Assembly (NCBI GenBank): GCA_965203925.1
Contig: OZ241924.1
Span: 4,971,195-5,035,194 of the forward strand
DNA: 64,000 nucleotides
Direction of reading: 5' to 3'
Origin: Bryobacterales bacterium
GTDB taxonomy: Bacteria; Acidobacteriota; Terriglobia; Bryobacterales; UBA6623
Shown piece after piece: positions 49,084 to 58,967 of this stretch. The position numbers and the translations under genes were made by a program. Numbering within the stretch: position 1 is the stretch's first letter; each line of letters begins with the position of its first letter. Below the pieces are notes generated by a model, which saw nothing but the letters and a program-made list of their open reading frames with translations, had not been told where the DNA came from and searched no databases.

Positions 49084-51297
49084 TCAGAAGTGCACGGGCT
49101 GGGTGAATGCGCCGTTGCCAGCCGAGTCCCACGCGGCAAAGCGGACCCACTTCTTGCCGGTTGAGTCGAATTCGAGGCGGAACTCCCGTCTGCCAAACTC
49201 TGCCAACTCGCTGGTCGGCCGGAGCTGCCTGCCAACCTTGTCCCCGTCTCCCCACACGATCTCGACGAACTCCAGCGGAAACGTCCACTCGACTTCGGCG
49301 ACGACCGCCTTCCGCGACTCCATCCCTTCGACGGCGAACCGTGGGATCAGGACTTCCCCGGTCGAGACGAAAAAGTCCCCGCGCCGCATTGCTTCGGTGA
49401 TCGGGCTCCAGTCTTGGTCGAAAGAGGGGAGCTCATCCAGGCGAACGTAGTTGACCGAGAGCTGCGGGTAGATCTCGTCGGACGGGAACTTGGTGTATGT
49501 GTCGCCCTCGGCGATGAGGTACTTTGGCCCCGCCCAGTTGTTCATGTCGTCCAGAAGCCCGAAGCAGCGCTCCTGGCATATCCGCGATTGGGAAAGGTCC
49601 GCGGGAAGCGTCTGAAACGCACCGCCGAGATAGCGGTCGCTCAAGAAGTGCGGCTCGTCCCGCACGGTCTCCGGATACAGGGTCGAGCCCTTGGTGCGCG
49701 GGTGGGCCTGCCACATCAACGCCCGTTCCGCCTCCATCATGGAGAGCATCTCGCCGGCGGATCCGACGCGGTAGACCATGCCGTAGTCCTCATGTTCGCT
49801 GCGGTGGGGGAGGTCGTCCGAGCGCACCTTTGACCAATACACGGGCTTGGGGAACACGAGCGTGTAGTGCCCGCCCAAGTGGACGTTTGGCTCCTCGCCA
49901 GGCATTAGGAGAAAGTCCGAGTCCGAGTGTCGCCTACAGGCCTCGAAATATTCGCTCTGCTCTCGGAAGCGCACTTCGCCCGGGTCGTCCGGATGCCCGT
50001 CACCATGGAAGTCCGACATCATTGCGATGTTGATGCCCAAGCCACGAAATGCCGAGATCCACGGAGGTCGCAGGTCCAAGGATCCGGAATCCACCAGCTG
50101 CTCAGCGAAATGGGTGTGGAAGTGGCTGACGGCCACCTGATAGCCCTCGAGGGGCTTGTACCGGTCCCCGTGGGTGTAGGCCAGAACAGCGTCCAACGCG
50201 TCTTCACTTGTCCCGGTGTCGAGCAGGTAGTAGACGGCCATCCTCTGCTTCGTGCCCGGCGGAGCGTTGTACAGGGCGAAGTTCCCCTCCGCGAAACGGC
50301 GGGACTGGTTGACGCGCTTCTCCCAGATCTGTTGGGAAGAGCCCCAAGGACGGTACATCTCCTCTCGCTCTCCTTGACGCACGCCCACGTCGAGTGCGCC
50401 GCCAACATGCTGCCGGTACCAGACGTACCCGAGGTTCATTTCGATTTCCCGGGCGAAGAAGAACTTGTGGCTCGGGGGAAACACGGCTAACGTGCCCCGG
50501 TCCTGTTCGAGGAACAGGACGCGGTTACGGGCCCGCAGCGGTACTGGGCCGTCGTTGGCGCCTCCGCCGAACCTGTAGTGCTGCCAGTCGCGGGCCACGT
50601 CGCGCCAGCGGAATCGGAGGTAGTCAGCGCCGCGCAGTCCATTGAGCCCGGCACGGTAGATGTAGGCGACCGACGGCTCTGAAGTGGCCGCGACGGCCTC
50701 TTGCCGGACGAGGCTTGAGCCTCGATAGACAGTGAACACCAGTTCGCCTTGAAACGATCCCAAGGACAGACCGTCGAATGTGACCTCAAGCCGGATGCCT
50801 TCGCGCCGAACCCGGCAGGTCTGGGTGCTAAAGCGGGCCTCGGATCGGCGGACCTCCCCTGACTCCCTTGGCAGCCCCGGGTTGACGCCGTCCAATCCGG
50901 GAACATTGAGCGGAGCATCCCAGAACACCTTCCACTTCTCGCGCCCTTCCAGTTCTGGGGTAAGTTCCCTGCCCAAGTCCTCGACCGGCCGGATTTGCTG
51001 CCACGAGATCCGTCTGCGACCTTCTGCCACGTAAAAGGACGGCCGGGCATTCTGCACGAGCGGCGCCCAGTGACCCGCCCTAGACAGGATCGAGAACTGC
51101 CGGATGACGGGCTCGCCCCCGTCCACTCCGAAGGTAGCTCGCAGTCGCCTGCTGCTCGCCCCCGTCCACTCCAGAGCGACATCTCCGTCCAGGATCTCCG
51201 CCGTCAGCCCTTCCAATGGCTCGTAGTCGCCAAAGTCGCACTCAGCGCCCGCCATGCCGACAGTGGCTGCCAACCACAACAATCCAATTCTTCGCAT
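49084..51297 (-). CDS. Secreted hypothetical protein with C-terminal PHP-like metal motifs
   Basis: Signal peptide, GGAGG RBS; SHFHTH, SDFHGD, PGEE, GGH, AHPRTK, GDFFVSTGE. Confidence 0.78.
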   Translation of the reverse strand: MRRIGLLWLAATVGMAGAECDFGDYEPLEGLTAEILDGDVALEWTGASSRRLRATFGVDGGEPVIRQFSILSRAGHWAPLVQNARPSFYVAEGRRRISWQQIRPVEDLGRELTPELEGREKWKVFWDAPLNVPGLDGVNPGLPRESGEVRRSEARFSTQTCRVRREGIRLEVTFDGLSLGSFQGELVFTVYRGSSLVRQEAVAATSEPSVAYIYRAGLNGLRGADYLRFRWRDVARDWQHYRFGGGANDGPVPLRARNRVLFLEQDRGTLAVFPPSHKFFFAREIEMNLGYVWYRQHVGGALDVGVRQGEREEMYRPWGSSQQIWEKRVNQSRRFAEGNFALYNAPPGTKQRMAVYYLLDTGTSEDALDAVLAYTHGDRYKPLEGYQVAVSHFHTHFAEQLVDSGSLDLRPPWISAFRGLGINIAMMSDFHGDGHPDDPGEVRFREQSEYFEACRRHSDSDFLLMPGEEPNVHLGGHYTLVFPKPVYWSKVRSDDLPHRSEHEDYGMVYRVGSAGEMLSMMEAERALMWQAHPRTKGSTLYPETVRDEPHFLSDRYLGGAFQTLPADLSQSRICQERCFGLLDDMNNWAGPKYLIAEGDTYTKFPSDEIYPQLSVNYVRLDELPSFDQDWSPITEAMRRGDFFVSTGEVLIPRFAVEGMESRKAVVAEVEWTFPLEFVEIVWGDGDKVGRQLRPTSELAEFGRREFRLEFDSTGKKWVRFAAWDSAGNGAFTQPVHF

Positions 51298-51586
51298 ACC
51301 GACCTCCCGAAGGGCGAACCTCCCTGCCATCCCGGCGTAACCCGCGTGTCCCGGCAGGCCACATTCGCTGTCTGCCTGCCGGGGAGTGCCCCACCATCGT
51401 ACGCAGCCCGGCAATGCCGACGCCGTCCTGCAGTACCGACGCGAGCCTGTTTGGGCACATGACGCGCGGCATTCCGGAGTGTGGAAGGCGAAAAGGCCGC
51501 CCCGGGGGCCTCGGTCAGGACCCGACCTCGGTCCGTTCTCAGAACTCGTGCCGCTGACAGATGCGGCAGAAGCCTCGGCGGGCGGC

Positions 51587-52570
51587 TCAGTCGGCAAACA
51601 CTGGCTGGACCCAAGCCCTCCTGCCAGCCGAGTCCACGATGGTTGCTCGGACATAGCCATCATCGGACCTCAGCCGGTACCTTGCCTCCGGCCCCACCAC
51701 CTCGTCGAGGATTCGGCCGTCGCTCCCAATGAAGCGCGTGCGGTGCTTCTCATCCCCGATCTGCTCCACTCGTAGCTCGAGGCCCGTCGCACTCCGCTCA
51801 AGGGTGGCTAGCCGCACTCCCGTCGATGCGTAGAACTCGCCTCGGCCAATGGCGGCCAGCAACGCCTCTTCCGTGAGCTCGCGTGCCTTCACCTCGATCC
51901 AGCCGCGGCCGGGATTCGACAGGTCGGGGCCTATCCTCTTGAAGTCGTGCGCGTCGTCGACGGCGATTCCGTAGAGCTTCCGGCCAGCCGTCAGGGCCGC
52001 GTCCCACATCGCCTCCAAGCCCCACTCGTCGTTTGTTGCCGGGTGGCCGTTGTAGATCTCAAACAGGCCCAAGTCCCGGACTTGGCGCAGGATCTCAGCA
52101 TCGATGGCCCAGCGATAGAGCGGGTGGTTCAGGGAGGGCACGGCCCCTTCCTCCCGGATCCGGTCCACGTTGCGCTGCACTGTGCCGAAGACGCTCTTGC
52201 CGATGGCAGGCCCGATGGTGGCCTGTCCGCCAAAAGCGTTGACGTGGACGGGTACGTCACGGAATCCGGAAGTAACCTCCTCCCCGCTGACCAACAGGAA
52301 GCGGTCCTGCGCCTCGAACATTGGCGCGAGGCCTTGGGGGTCGGTGCGGTAGTTGTGGTCCGTCAGGGCCAGGAAGTTGTATCGGTGCTCCTTGTACCAG
52401 CGCGCCACTGCGTCGGGTGCAGAGTCGCCATCGCTGTTGATGGTGTGGGTGTGAAGGTTGCCCTTGTACCATCTCAGCGCCCGTTCCTGACTGGCGAGGT
52501 CGCCGACAGACGGGATGACCGCCAAAGCGGACGTGACGGCAAGCACTACTCGGACCTTGACGGCGCTCAT
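51587..52570 (-). CDS. Secreted PHP-domain (CehA/McbA-like) protein
   Basis: KGNLHTHT..SDG, LTDHN, SGEE, NHP, EIYNG, AVDDAH, GEFYASTG. Confidence 0.9.
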   Translation of the reverse strand: MSAVKVRVVLAVTSALAVIPSVGDLASQERALRWYKGNLHTHTINSDGDSAPDAVARWYKEHRYNFLALTDHNYRTDPQGLAPMFEAQDRFLLVSGEEVTSGFRDVPVHVNAFGGQATIGPAIGKSVFGTVQRNVDRIREEGAVPSLNHPLYRWAIDAEILRQVRDLGLFEIYNGHPATNDEWGLEAMWDAALTAGRKLYGIAVDDAHDFKRIGPDLSNPGRGWIEVKARELTEEALLAAIGRGEFYASTGVRLATLERSATGLELRVEQIGDEKHRTRFIGSDGRILDEVVGPEARYRLRSDDGYVRATIVDSAGRRAWVQPVFAD

Positions 52571-52863
52571 TGCCACGTCACGGTATCACGCGCCCCGTTC
52601 TTCACGGGAATCGAGCTGCCTGAGGTCGCGCGTGAACGAACTCGTGGAGAAGCGCTCGCGACCTGCCGTCCGACGTCGGCGTAGTTGTCCGCTCAGGAAG
52701 TGGGCATAGGGACGCCTCAACCGGTTGCTTGGTGCCCATCGGTACATTCCCATTGGTGAGTCCCGGCAAGAGAGCGGAACGATGACATCGGTCGGCCACA
52801 GGACCTGTGCACAGAACGCGTGGACAGCCCATGTAGCGCTGCAAATGTAGGATTCTATAGTTG

Positions 52864-55434
52864 ATGGCTCGGCACTCCGGATCGTCGGTGCCCGCCACTC
52901 GCTCGCGTTGCAGCTTGGAATGGTCTAGGCGGCAGCGCCACCCGCCAGACCAATCCAAGGCTCGAGCGAGTGGGCTCCAGTGGCGAGGAGCGACTGCCAT
53001 TCCATTCGCAGTGGCGCTCGCAATCGCGCCGGTCCTTTCGGGTGCAGACTGGGCCGCCCTATCGATCGTGCCGGAAAGCGTCTCGCTCGAAGGTCCCGGC
53101 GCAAGTCAGCGGATCGCAGTGACCGCGATTGACAACCTTGGCCACGAGTCTGACGTCACGGTCGATTGCTCGATGGAGTCGTCGGATCCAAGGGTGGTTG
53201 CCCACGATGCCGTCAGGGGCATCGTGATTGGCCGATCCCCGGGCGAGACCACAGTTCATGCGCACTGCGGCGGGCTGCAGTCCCAGATCGCGGTGCGGGT
53301 CGGCGACCGAAGGTCGGAGATAGGGGTCAGCTTCGCCCGGGACATCATCTCAATCCTCACGCTCAAGGGTTGCAATGGCTCCTCCTGCCACGGCTCGCCA
53401 GCGGGCCAGAATGGATTCAAGCTCTCGCTGTTTGGGCAGGATGTCGCAGCCGACCACGAGATGATCGTCCACGCCCGTGACGGACGGAGGATCGATCTCC
53501 GGCATCCCGAGCGAAGCCTTCTGCTGCAAAAGCCGACGTTCGAAATCGCCCATGGCGGCGGGCGGCTACTCACAACCGATTCAGAAGAGTATGAGTCGCT
53601 CCTGACTTGGCTGCAGCACGGTGCCCGCAGCGACACAGGCGGAGTTCTCTTGGAGCGTCTCGAACTGTATCCGCGAGAGCGAGTCTTGGTCGGCGAGTCG
53701 GCGGAGCAGAGCCTGATCGCGGTCGGACATCTCTCCGATGGCCACACCCGGGACATGACAGGCGAGGTCCGCTACTTTACCCGAGACGACGCAGTCGCCC
53801 GGGTCTCCGCGGACGGTAGAGTGGCAGCCGCCGACCCAGGCCTGACGACAGTGCTCGCCAGAGCGCTGGGCAAGGTAGCCACAGCCCAGATTGGAGTGGT
53901 CCGCGCCCGCTCGGACGACGAGTATTCCGACCATCGGCCCCACAACTTCGTGGACACTGCGGTCCTCGGCAAGCTGCGGCAGCTGGGCGTCGAACCGGGC
54001 GGGCTCACGTCGGATCGAGAGTTCGCCAGACGGGTCTTCCTAGACACCATCGGCCTCCTACCAACCACGGAGGAACTGCGGGCATTCCTGTCGGACCCGC
54101 GACCCGACAAGCGGGCGCTCCTAATCGACCAGCTCCTGGACCGGCCTGAGCACGCCTCGCACTGGACCGTCAAGTTCGAGGACTGGTTCCGCAACTGCCA
54201 GCTCCATTCGCAAGGCCGCTCGATGGGAGTCTTCAAGGACTGGGTCCGGGACTGGCTGGCGGCAGACCGGCCCTACGACGACTTCGTTCGTACGCTCCTG
54301 ACAAGCCAAGGCGACACCATGCTCAACCCGGGAGCGAACTTCTGGCACCCGGCGACGGACTTCATGCTGAAGGAATTCAGCGTTGCCAAGGTCACTCCCA
54401 CGGTCTCCCGTCTGTTCCTCGGCGTACGCATGGAGTGCGCCGAGTGCCACAGCCACCCCTTGGAGAATTTCACGCAGGACGACTTCTACGGGCTGGCGGC
54501 TTTCTTCTCCCGGCTGCGCGTCAAGCACGGATATGGCGAATACCGGCGCACTTGGTACTTGTCCGAAGAGGGCGAGGTCGAGCATCCAGCAACGAAGCGC
54601 CGCGTCGCACCGAAGTTCCTAGGGGGCGAGGCACCGAAGATCTCCCCGGGCGAGGACCGCCGAGCGGTGCTTGCCGAGTGGATCGTCTCGCCCGACAACC
54701 CGTACTTCGCGAGAGCGACCGTCAACCGCGTCTGGTACGAGTACTTCGGGACAGGCATCGTAGAACCCTTCGACGACTTCCGATCCACAAACCAGCCATC
54801 CAACCCCGAGTTGCTGGACCGCTTGGCCGAGCACTTCGTTACGAGCGGGTTCCGCCTACGGCCGCTCCACCGGGAAATCATGAACTCGCGCACGTACCAG
54901 CAGACCTCCAAGGGTGGCGACGCTGGACAATTGGCCGAGACGCTGTTTGCCCGCTATGTCCCGCGCAGGCTCGGGGCGGAATCGCTGCTGGACATGCTTG
55001 GTCAAGTCACTGGCATAGCGCACGACTTCGAGGGCTACCCAAGCGGGACGTCTGCCAAGGACATCTACGTTCCCGATGGCCCCGATGACTTCTTGGTCAC
55101 ATTTGGCCTGCCCCGCCGCGACATCCTGAAGGAGCGGGTAGGCGCCCCAACCTTGGCACAGGCGCTGCACCTCATGAACGGCCCAGCGGTCCGGGAAAAG
55201 GTCGAATCGCAAGGCAACGTGATCGGCTCGCTGCTTCGGGAGGGGCGCTCAGACAGCGAGATCGTCTCGGCAATCTACGAGAGAGCGTACTCTCGCGCGC
55301 CGGCAGAGAATGAACTGGAAGGCTTGGCCGAGTTTCTCGAAACGGAGTCCGATGCGGGCCGAGACCGCCGGCGGGCCCTAGAGAATGTCCTATGGGCCGT
55401 GCTGAATTCGAAGGAGTTCCAGCTCAATCACTAA
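52864..55434 (+). CDS. DUF1549/DUF1553 protein with two Ig-like (Big_2) domains
   Basis: GCNGSSCHG, FKLSLFG, LLLQKPT..HGGG, FARRVFLDTIGLLPT, CAECHSHP, VNRVW, LNSKEF; start uncertain (52864-53011). Confidence 0.9.
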   Translation: MARHSGSSVPATRSRCSLEWSRRQRHPPDQSKARASGLQWRGATAIPFAVALAIAPVLSGADWAALSIVPESVSLEGPGASQRIAVTAIDNLGHESDVTVDCSMESSDPRVVAHDAVRGIVIGRSPGETTVHAHCGGLQSQIAVRVGDRRSEIGVSFARDIISILTLKGCNGSSCHGSPAGQNGFKLSLFGQDVAADHEMIVHARDGRRIDLRHPERSLLLQKPTFEIAHGGGRLLTTDSEEYESLLTWLQHGARSDTGGVLLERLELYPRERVLVGESAEQSLIAVGHLSDGHTRDMTGEVRYFTRDDAVARVSADGRVAAADPGLTTVLARALGKVATAQIGVVRARSDDEYSDHRPHNFVDTAVLGKLRQLGVEPGGLTSDREFARRVFLDTIGLLPTTEELRAFLSDPRPDKRALLIDQLLDRPEHASHWTVKFEDWFRNCQLHSQGRSMGVFKDWVRDWLAADRPYDDFVRTLLTSQGDTMLNPGANFWHPATDFMLKEFSVAKVTPTVSRLFLGVRMECAECHSHPLENFTQDDFYGLAAFFSRLRVKHGYGEYRRTWYLSEEGEVEHPATKRRVAPKFLGGEAPKISPGEDRRAVLAEWIVSPDNPYFARATVNRVWYEYFGTGIVEPFDDFRSTNQPSNPELLDRLAEHFVTSGFRLRPLHREIMNSRTYQQTSKGGDAGQLAETLFARYVPRRLGAESLLDMLGQVTGIAHDFEGYPSGTSAKDIYVPDGPDDFLVTFGLPRRDILKERVGAPTLAQALHLMNGPAVREKVESQGNVIGSLLREGRSDSEIVSAIYERAYSRAPAENELEGLAEFLETESDAGRDRRRALENVLWAVLNSKEFQLNH

Positions 55435-55445
55435 GAGAGGAATCG

Positions 55446-56726
55446 ATGCTCGCAGTTCGCCCACCCTCCAGTCCGGCCACGATGAATCGGCGCGCATTCT
55501 TGACCGCTGGATCATTGGCGTTCTCGGGCATCAGTCTGCCGAAGCTCCTCAGGGCTGATTCGGGCGCAAGCGAGAAATCGTGCATCGTGATCTTCCAGCA
55601 CGGTGGCGCTAGCCAGCTGGACACGTTCGACCCCAAGCCCGAGGCGGTGGCGGACATCCGCGGAGGCTTCAAGGCAATCCCCACCGCCATCCCGGGCGTG
55701 CGGTTCACCGAACTCCTGCCCCGCTCGGCCCGAGCCGCCCGAAAATTCGCGGTGATTCGCTCAATGCACTCGGACGAGGCGATCCACGAACGCGCCCGCC
55801 AGTACGTCTTCAGCGGGACCAAGCCCAGAAACGAGGTCCTTCAGCCCAGTTTCGGATCCACCATCGCGAAGGAGTGGGGCCCTCGGCGGGGCCTGCCGCC
55901 GTTCGTGTCGATCCCTCGCTCCGACATGGCCGCGGAGGCAGGGTTTCTCGGGCCGACGTACGACCCATTCGTGAGTGGCGACCCCAACGCCGAAGGATAT
56001 GCCGTCAAGGACTTGACGCTGCCCAGTGGCATCAGCCTTGATGAGGCCCGTTCCCGGACTGAGCTGCTTGGGGCACTGGACCGACGGTTCCGATCTGTGA
56101 CCGAGTCGGATTTGGTCGATTCCATGGACGAGTTCCAGCAGAAAGCCTTCGATCTGATCTCCTCACCGGCCGCCAAGGAAGCATTCGACATTTCGGCGGA
56201 GCCCGACCGCTTGAGAGACGCCTACGGCCGAACGACGGTGGGCCAAGGCGCACTGCTCGGCCGACGGCTGGTGGAGGCCGGCGTGCGGTTGGCGACCGTG
56301 TTCCACGACGGCTATGACACCCACGTCCAGAACGAGCCGACGCATCGGAGGATTGTCCCGGAATTCGACCGGGCGTTTTGTGCATTGCTGGACGACCTCG
56401 AGCAGCGGGGGCTGCTCGACACAACCCTTGTTCTGGTGGTCGGGGATTTCGGACGCACGCCGAAGGTCAACTTCTCCGGAGGACGCGACCATTGGCCCGG
56501 GGCCTTCTCCGTCGTGCTGGCAGGCGCCGGTATTCAGGGAGGCGTAGTGATTGGGTCGACTGACAAGCATGCGGCCCACCCCGTCGAGCGGCCGGTCAGG
56601 ATTGAAGACCTCGGAGCAACGGTCTACCAAGCCCTTGGCATCGAATACCGCAAGAACTACCACGCCAATGGCCGACCGATCGCAATCAACAAGGAAGGCC
56701 AACCGGTTCGCGAGTTGTGGAGCTGA
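55446..56726 (+). CDS. DUF1501 protein with Tat signal
   Basis: NRRAFL; GGASQLDTFDPKP, YDTH, GDFGRTPKVN, GRDHWP. Confidence 0.93.
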   Translation: MLAVRPPSSPATMNRRAFLTAGSLAFSGISLPKLLRADSGASEKSCIVIFQHGGASQLDTFDPKPEAVADIRGGFKAIPTAIPGVRFTELLPRSARAARKFAVIRSMHSDEAIHERARQYVFSGTKPRNEVLQPSFGSTIAKEWGPRRGLPPFVSIPRSDMAAEAGFLGPTYDPFVSGDPNAEGYAVKDLTLPSGISLDEARSRTELLGALDRRFRSVTESDLVDSMDEFQQKAFDLISSPAAKEAFDISAEPDRLRDAYGRTTVGQGALLGRRLVEAGVRLATVFHDGYDTHVQNEPTHRRIVPEFDRAFCALLDDLEQRGLLDTTLVLVVGDFGRTPKVNFSGGRDHWPGAFSVVLAGAGIQGGVVIGSTDKHAAHPVERPVRIEDLGATVYQALGIEYRKNYHANGRPIAINKEGQPVRELWS

Positions 56727-56729
56727 GAG

Positions 56730-58910
56730 GTGCGGAGGGTTGGGCTGCTGTGCTCGCTCGCCCTGTCGGCAACTGCGACGTCCGCCGAAGACCTTGCGCC
56801 GGCCTCGATTAGCCAAGTCCTGCCACTGGGTGGGCAAAGGGGAACGACAATCGAACTGCGCCTGCTGGGTCGCTACCTCTCCAACACCAAGTCCGTGGAA
56901 TTTGATTCCCGGGACTTTGTGTGGCGTGCCGCTGGCGATCCGAGTTCGGGACGCCTCGAAGGACTACTCTCGATCGCGTCGACCGCAGCCCTCGGAACAC
57001 ATCGATTTCGAGTGCGAACGCTGGAGGGATACTCAACGTCTGCGCTGTTCAACGTTGGCCAGTTTCAGGACGTGCGCGAGGTCGAACCGAACGACAGCCT
57101 TGCAGCTGCCACTGTAGTCGCGAGTCTGCCCGCGGGAATCCAGGGCGGCTTGGACGGAGCCGCCGACATCGACATCTTTGCGATTGACGTTCGGGCGGGA
57201 GATCGGTGGGTTGCCGACTTCAGATCGATCGAATACGGCTCGGCGGTCGAAGCCAAGATGTTCCTGCTGGACGCCGACGGGCACACTGTTGCGTTCAATG
57301 ACGACCGGGATGATTATCTTGAGACACCCTACATAGAGCACACATTCGCAAGGGCTGGCCGGCACTATCTGAAGGTCGACCAGTACAGGGGGCCGCGGGG
57401 CTTCAACTTCGGCAAGAACTCCACTTATGTGCTTCGAATCAGCCGTCTTCCCACGATCGACCATGTGACGCCCCTCGGCGCGGCCGTTGGCAGCACTGCC
57501 ACTCTCACACTGCGGGGACAGGGTCTGGGGAGTGTGCAGGATGTGTACCTGACACGGCTCAGGGGAGCGGAGCACGCTCGGATGACGTACCCGTACACAA
57601 TGCCCGTACGGTTCGCGGACGACTCGCAAACCGGGGAGGGCATCCGGCGAATCGAGGGAGAAGTCCTCGACCGGAATGGGACATCGGCCCGCGTGCGGTT
57701 CTCAATTCCCGATCGCCTGGCTCCGGGGCTCTGGCGAGTCTGGGCGGCCGGGCCAGCCGGAATCCTGGACGGTCCGCCAATCGATCTGGACCGCTTGCCG
57801 GACTACAGCGAGACCAACGCCTCCGAGGCGGACTGGAGGCCCGGGGGATATGCGATCAATGGTGTGCTCAGCGAGCCAGGAGAGCGCGATGTATATGCAA
57901 TCCATACGGTAGCCGGGCGTCCGCTGCACTTCTGGACTCTAGCGGCGCAGCTGGGTGTTCCGCACTTGGACCCCGTGGTAAGCCTACGGGACGCGAGCGG
58001 AAGAAAGCTGGCAGAGAACGACGATGTCGTCGCCGGCCAAGGGACCCTAATCGGTAACCCTGACAGCAGCCTATTCCACACACCCGAGCGGGATGGCGTG
58101 CTCTTCCTGACGATTGAGGACCGGACGCAGCGCGGCGGGCTAAGTTACCAGTACCGGCTCAAGGTACAGGAGGAGCGACCGAGCTTTCAACTCTTCACGA
58201 CTCCGGAGAACTTCTCCGTGCCACGCGGTGGAGAGGCGGTGATCAAAGTCCATCTGGTTCGCGAGCGTGGGTTCGAGGGGCGTGTCGCAATTTGGTTCGA
58301 AGGGATGCCGCCGGGCGTTGAAGCCCCGATGGCCGAATTCCGGGAAGACCAGCTGTTCGAGCCGAATGCCGACGGGGCAGACATGATCATTCCGGAGATT
58401 GCGTTTCCCGTCGCAGTGCCGGAGTCCCTGCAGCCCGGTGTCTATCCGATCCGGGTGTTCGGCGCACCGGCGGGGGCCAGTCCCGGCCCGCTCGACTCCT
58501 CGGTGCAGGCTGGCTCGACTATGACGATGGGGCCATTGTTGGACCTTTGGAATTTCGTCAGGCGCCCCCTTCCTAGGATCGAAATGACAGTCTTCGATCC
58601 ACCGGCGGCCCGGCTCTGGACCGACCAGCGCACACTAACGCTTTCCCGAGGCGGAACCGCCACGGTGTCTCTGAAGACAGCTGGCCTGATCGGCGAAATC
58701 GACCTGCGCGTGCCGGGCCTGCCACAGGGCGTTGAGTTCGAGTCCACGGCCTATCCGGAATCTCTCACAGTCACCCTGAGAGCGTCGGAGTCTGCAGACA
58801 TCGGAAGCTTCGACATCTCAGTCGAGGCGCGGACAGGCAGACGCTGGGCGGCCACGGATCTCATCGGCCTTACGGTCCGGCCATCAACCCCGAAGCGTGC
58901 CGGGCGATGA
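56730..58910 (+). CDS. Secreted PPC-repeat (pre-peptidase C-terminal-like) protein
   Basis: PLGGQRGTT, EVEPND, DIDIF, LLDADG..FNDD, LRDASG..ENDD; 3 bp after DUF1501. Confidence 0.82.
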   Translation: MRRVGLLCSLALSATATSAEDLAPASISQVLPLGGQRGTTIELRLLGRYLSNTKSVEFDSRDFVWRAAGDPSSGRLEGLLSIASTAALGTHRFRVRTLEGYSTSALFNVGQFQDVREVEPNDSLAAATVVASLPAGIQGGLDGAADIDIFAIDVRAGDRWVADFRSIEYGSAVEAKMFLLDADGHTVAFNDDRDDYLETPYIEHTFARAGRHYLKVDQYRGPRGFNFGKNSTYVLRISRLPTIDHVTPLGAAVGSTATLTLRGQGLGSVQDVYLTRLRGAEHARMTYPYTMPVRFADDSQTGEGIRRIEGEVLDRNGTSARVRFSIPDRLAPGLWRVWAAGPAGILDGPPIDLDRLPDYSETNASEADWRPGGYAINGVLSEPGERDVYAIHTVAGRPLHFWTLAAQLGVPHLDPVVSLRDASGRKLAENDDVVAGQGTLIGNPDSSLFHTPERDGVLFLTIEDRTQRGGLSYQYRLKVQEERPSFQLFTTPENFSVPRGGEAVIKVHLVRERGFEGRVAIWFEGMPPGVEAPMAEFREDQLFEPNADGADMIIPEIAFPVAVPESLQPGVYPIRVFGAPAGASPGPLDSSVQAGSTMTMGPLLDLWNFVRRPLPRIEMTVFDPPAARLWTDQRTLTLSRGGTATVSLKTAGLIGEIDLRVPGLPQGVEFESTAYPESLTVTLRASESADIGSFDISVEARTGRRWAATDLIGLTVRPSTPKRAGR

Positions 58911-58967
58911 AGCCCACCAGATGCATGTATGATCGCAGTTCGGACCCGAGGGATTAGGAGAACAAGC

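Noticed and set aside
47948-49450. Long antisense ORFs (also 12424-13296, 20809-21927, 29824-30786, 42270-43241, 45462-46517, 58884-60359)
   Set aside because: They shadow well-supported genes on the other strand and lack motifs; expected at high GC.
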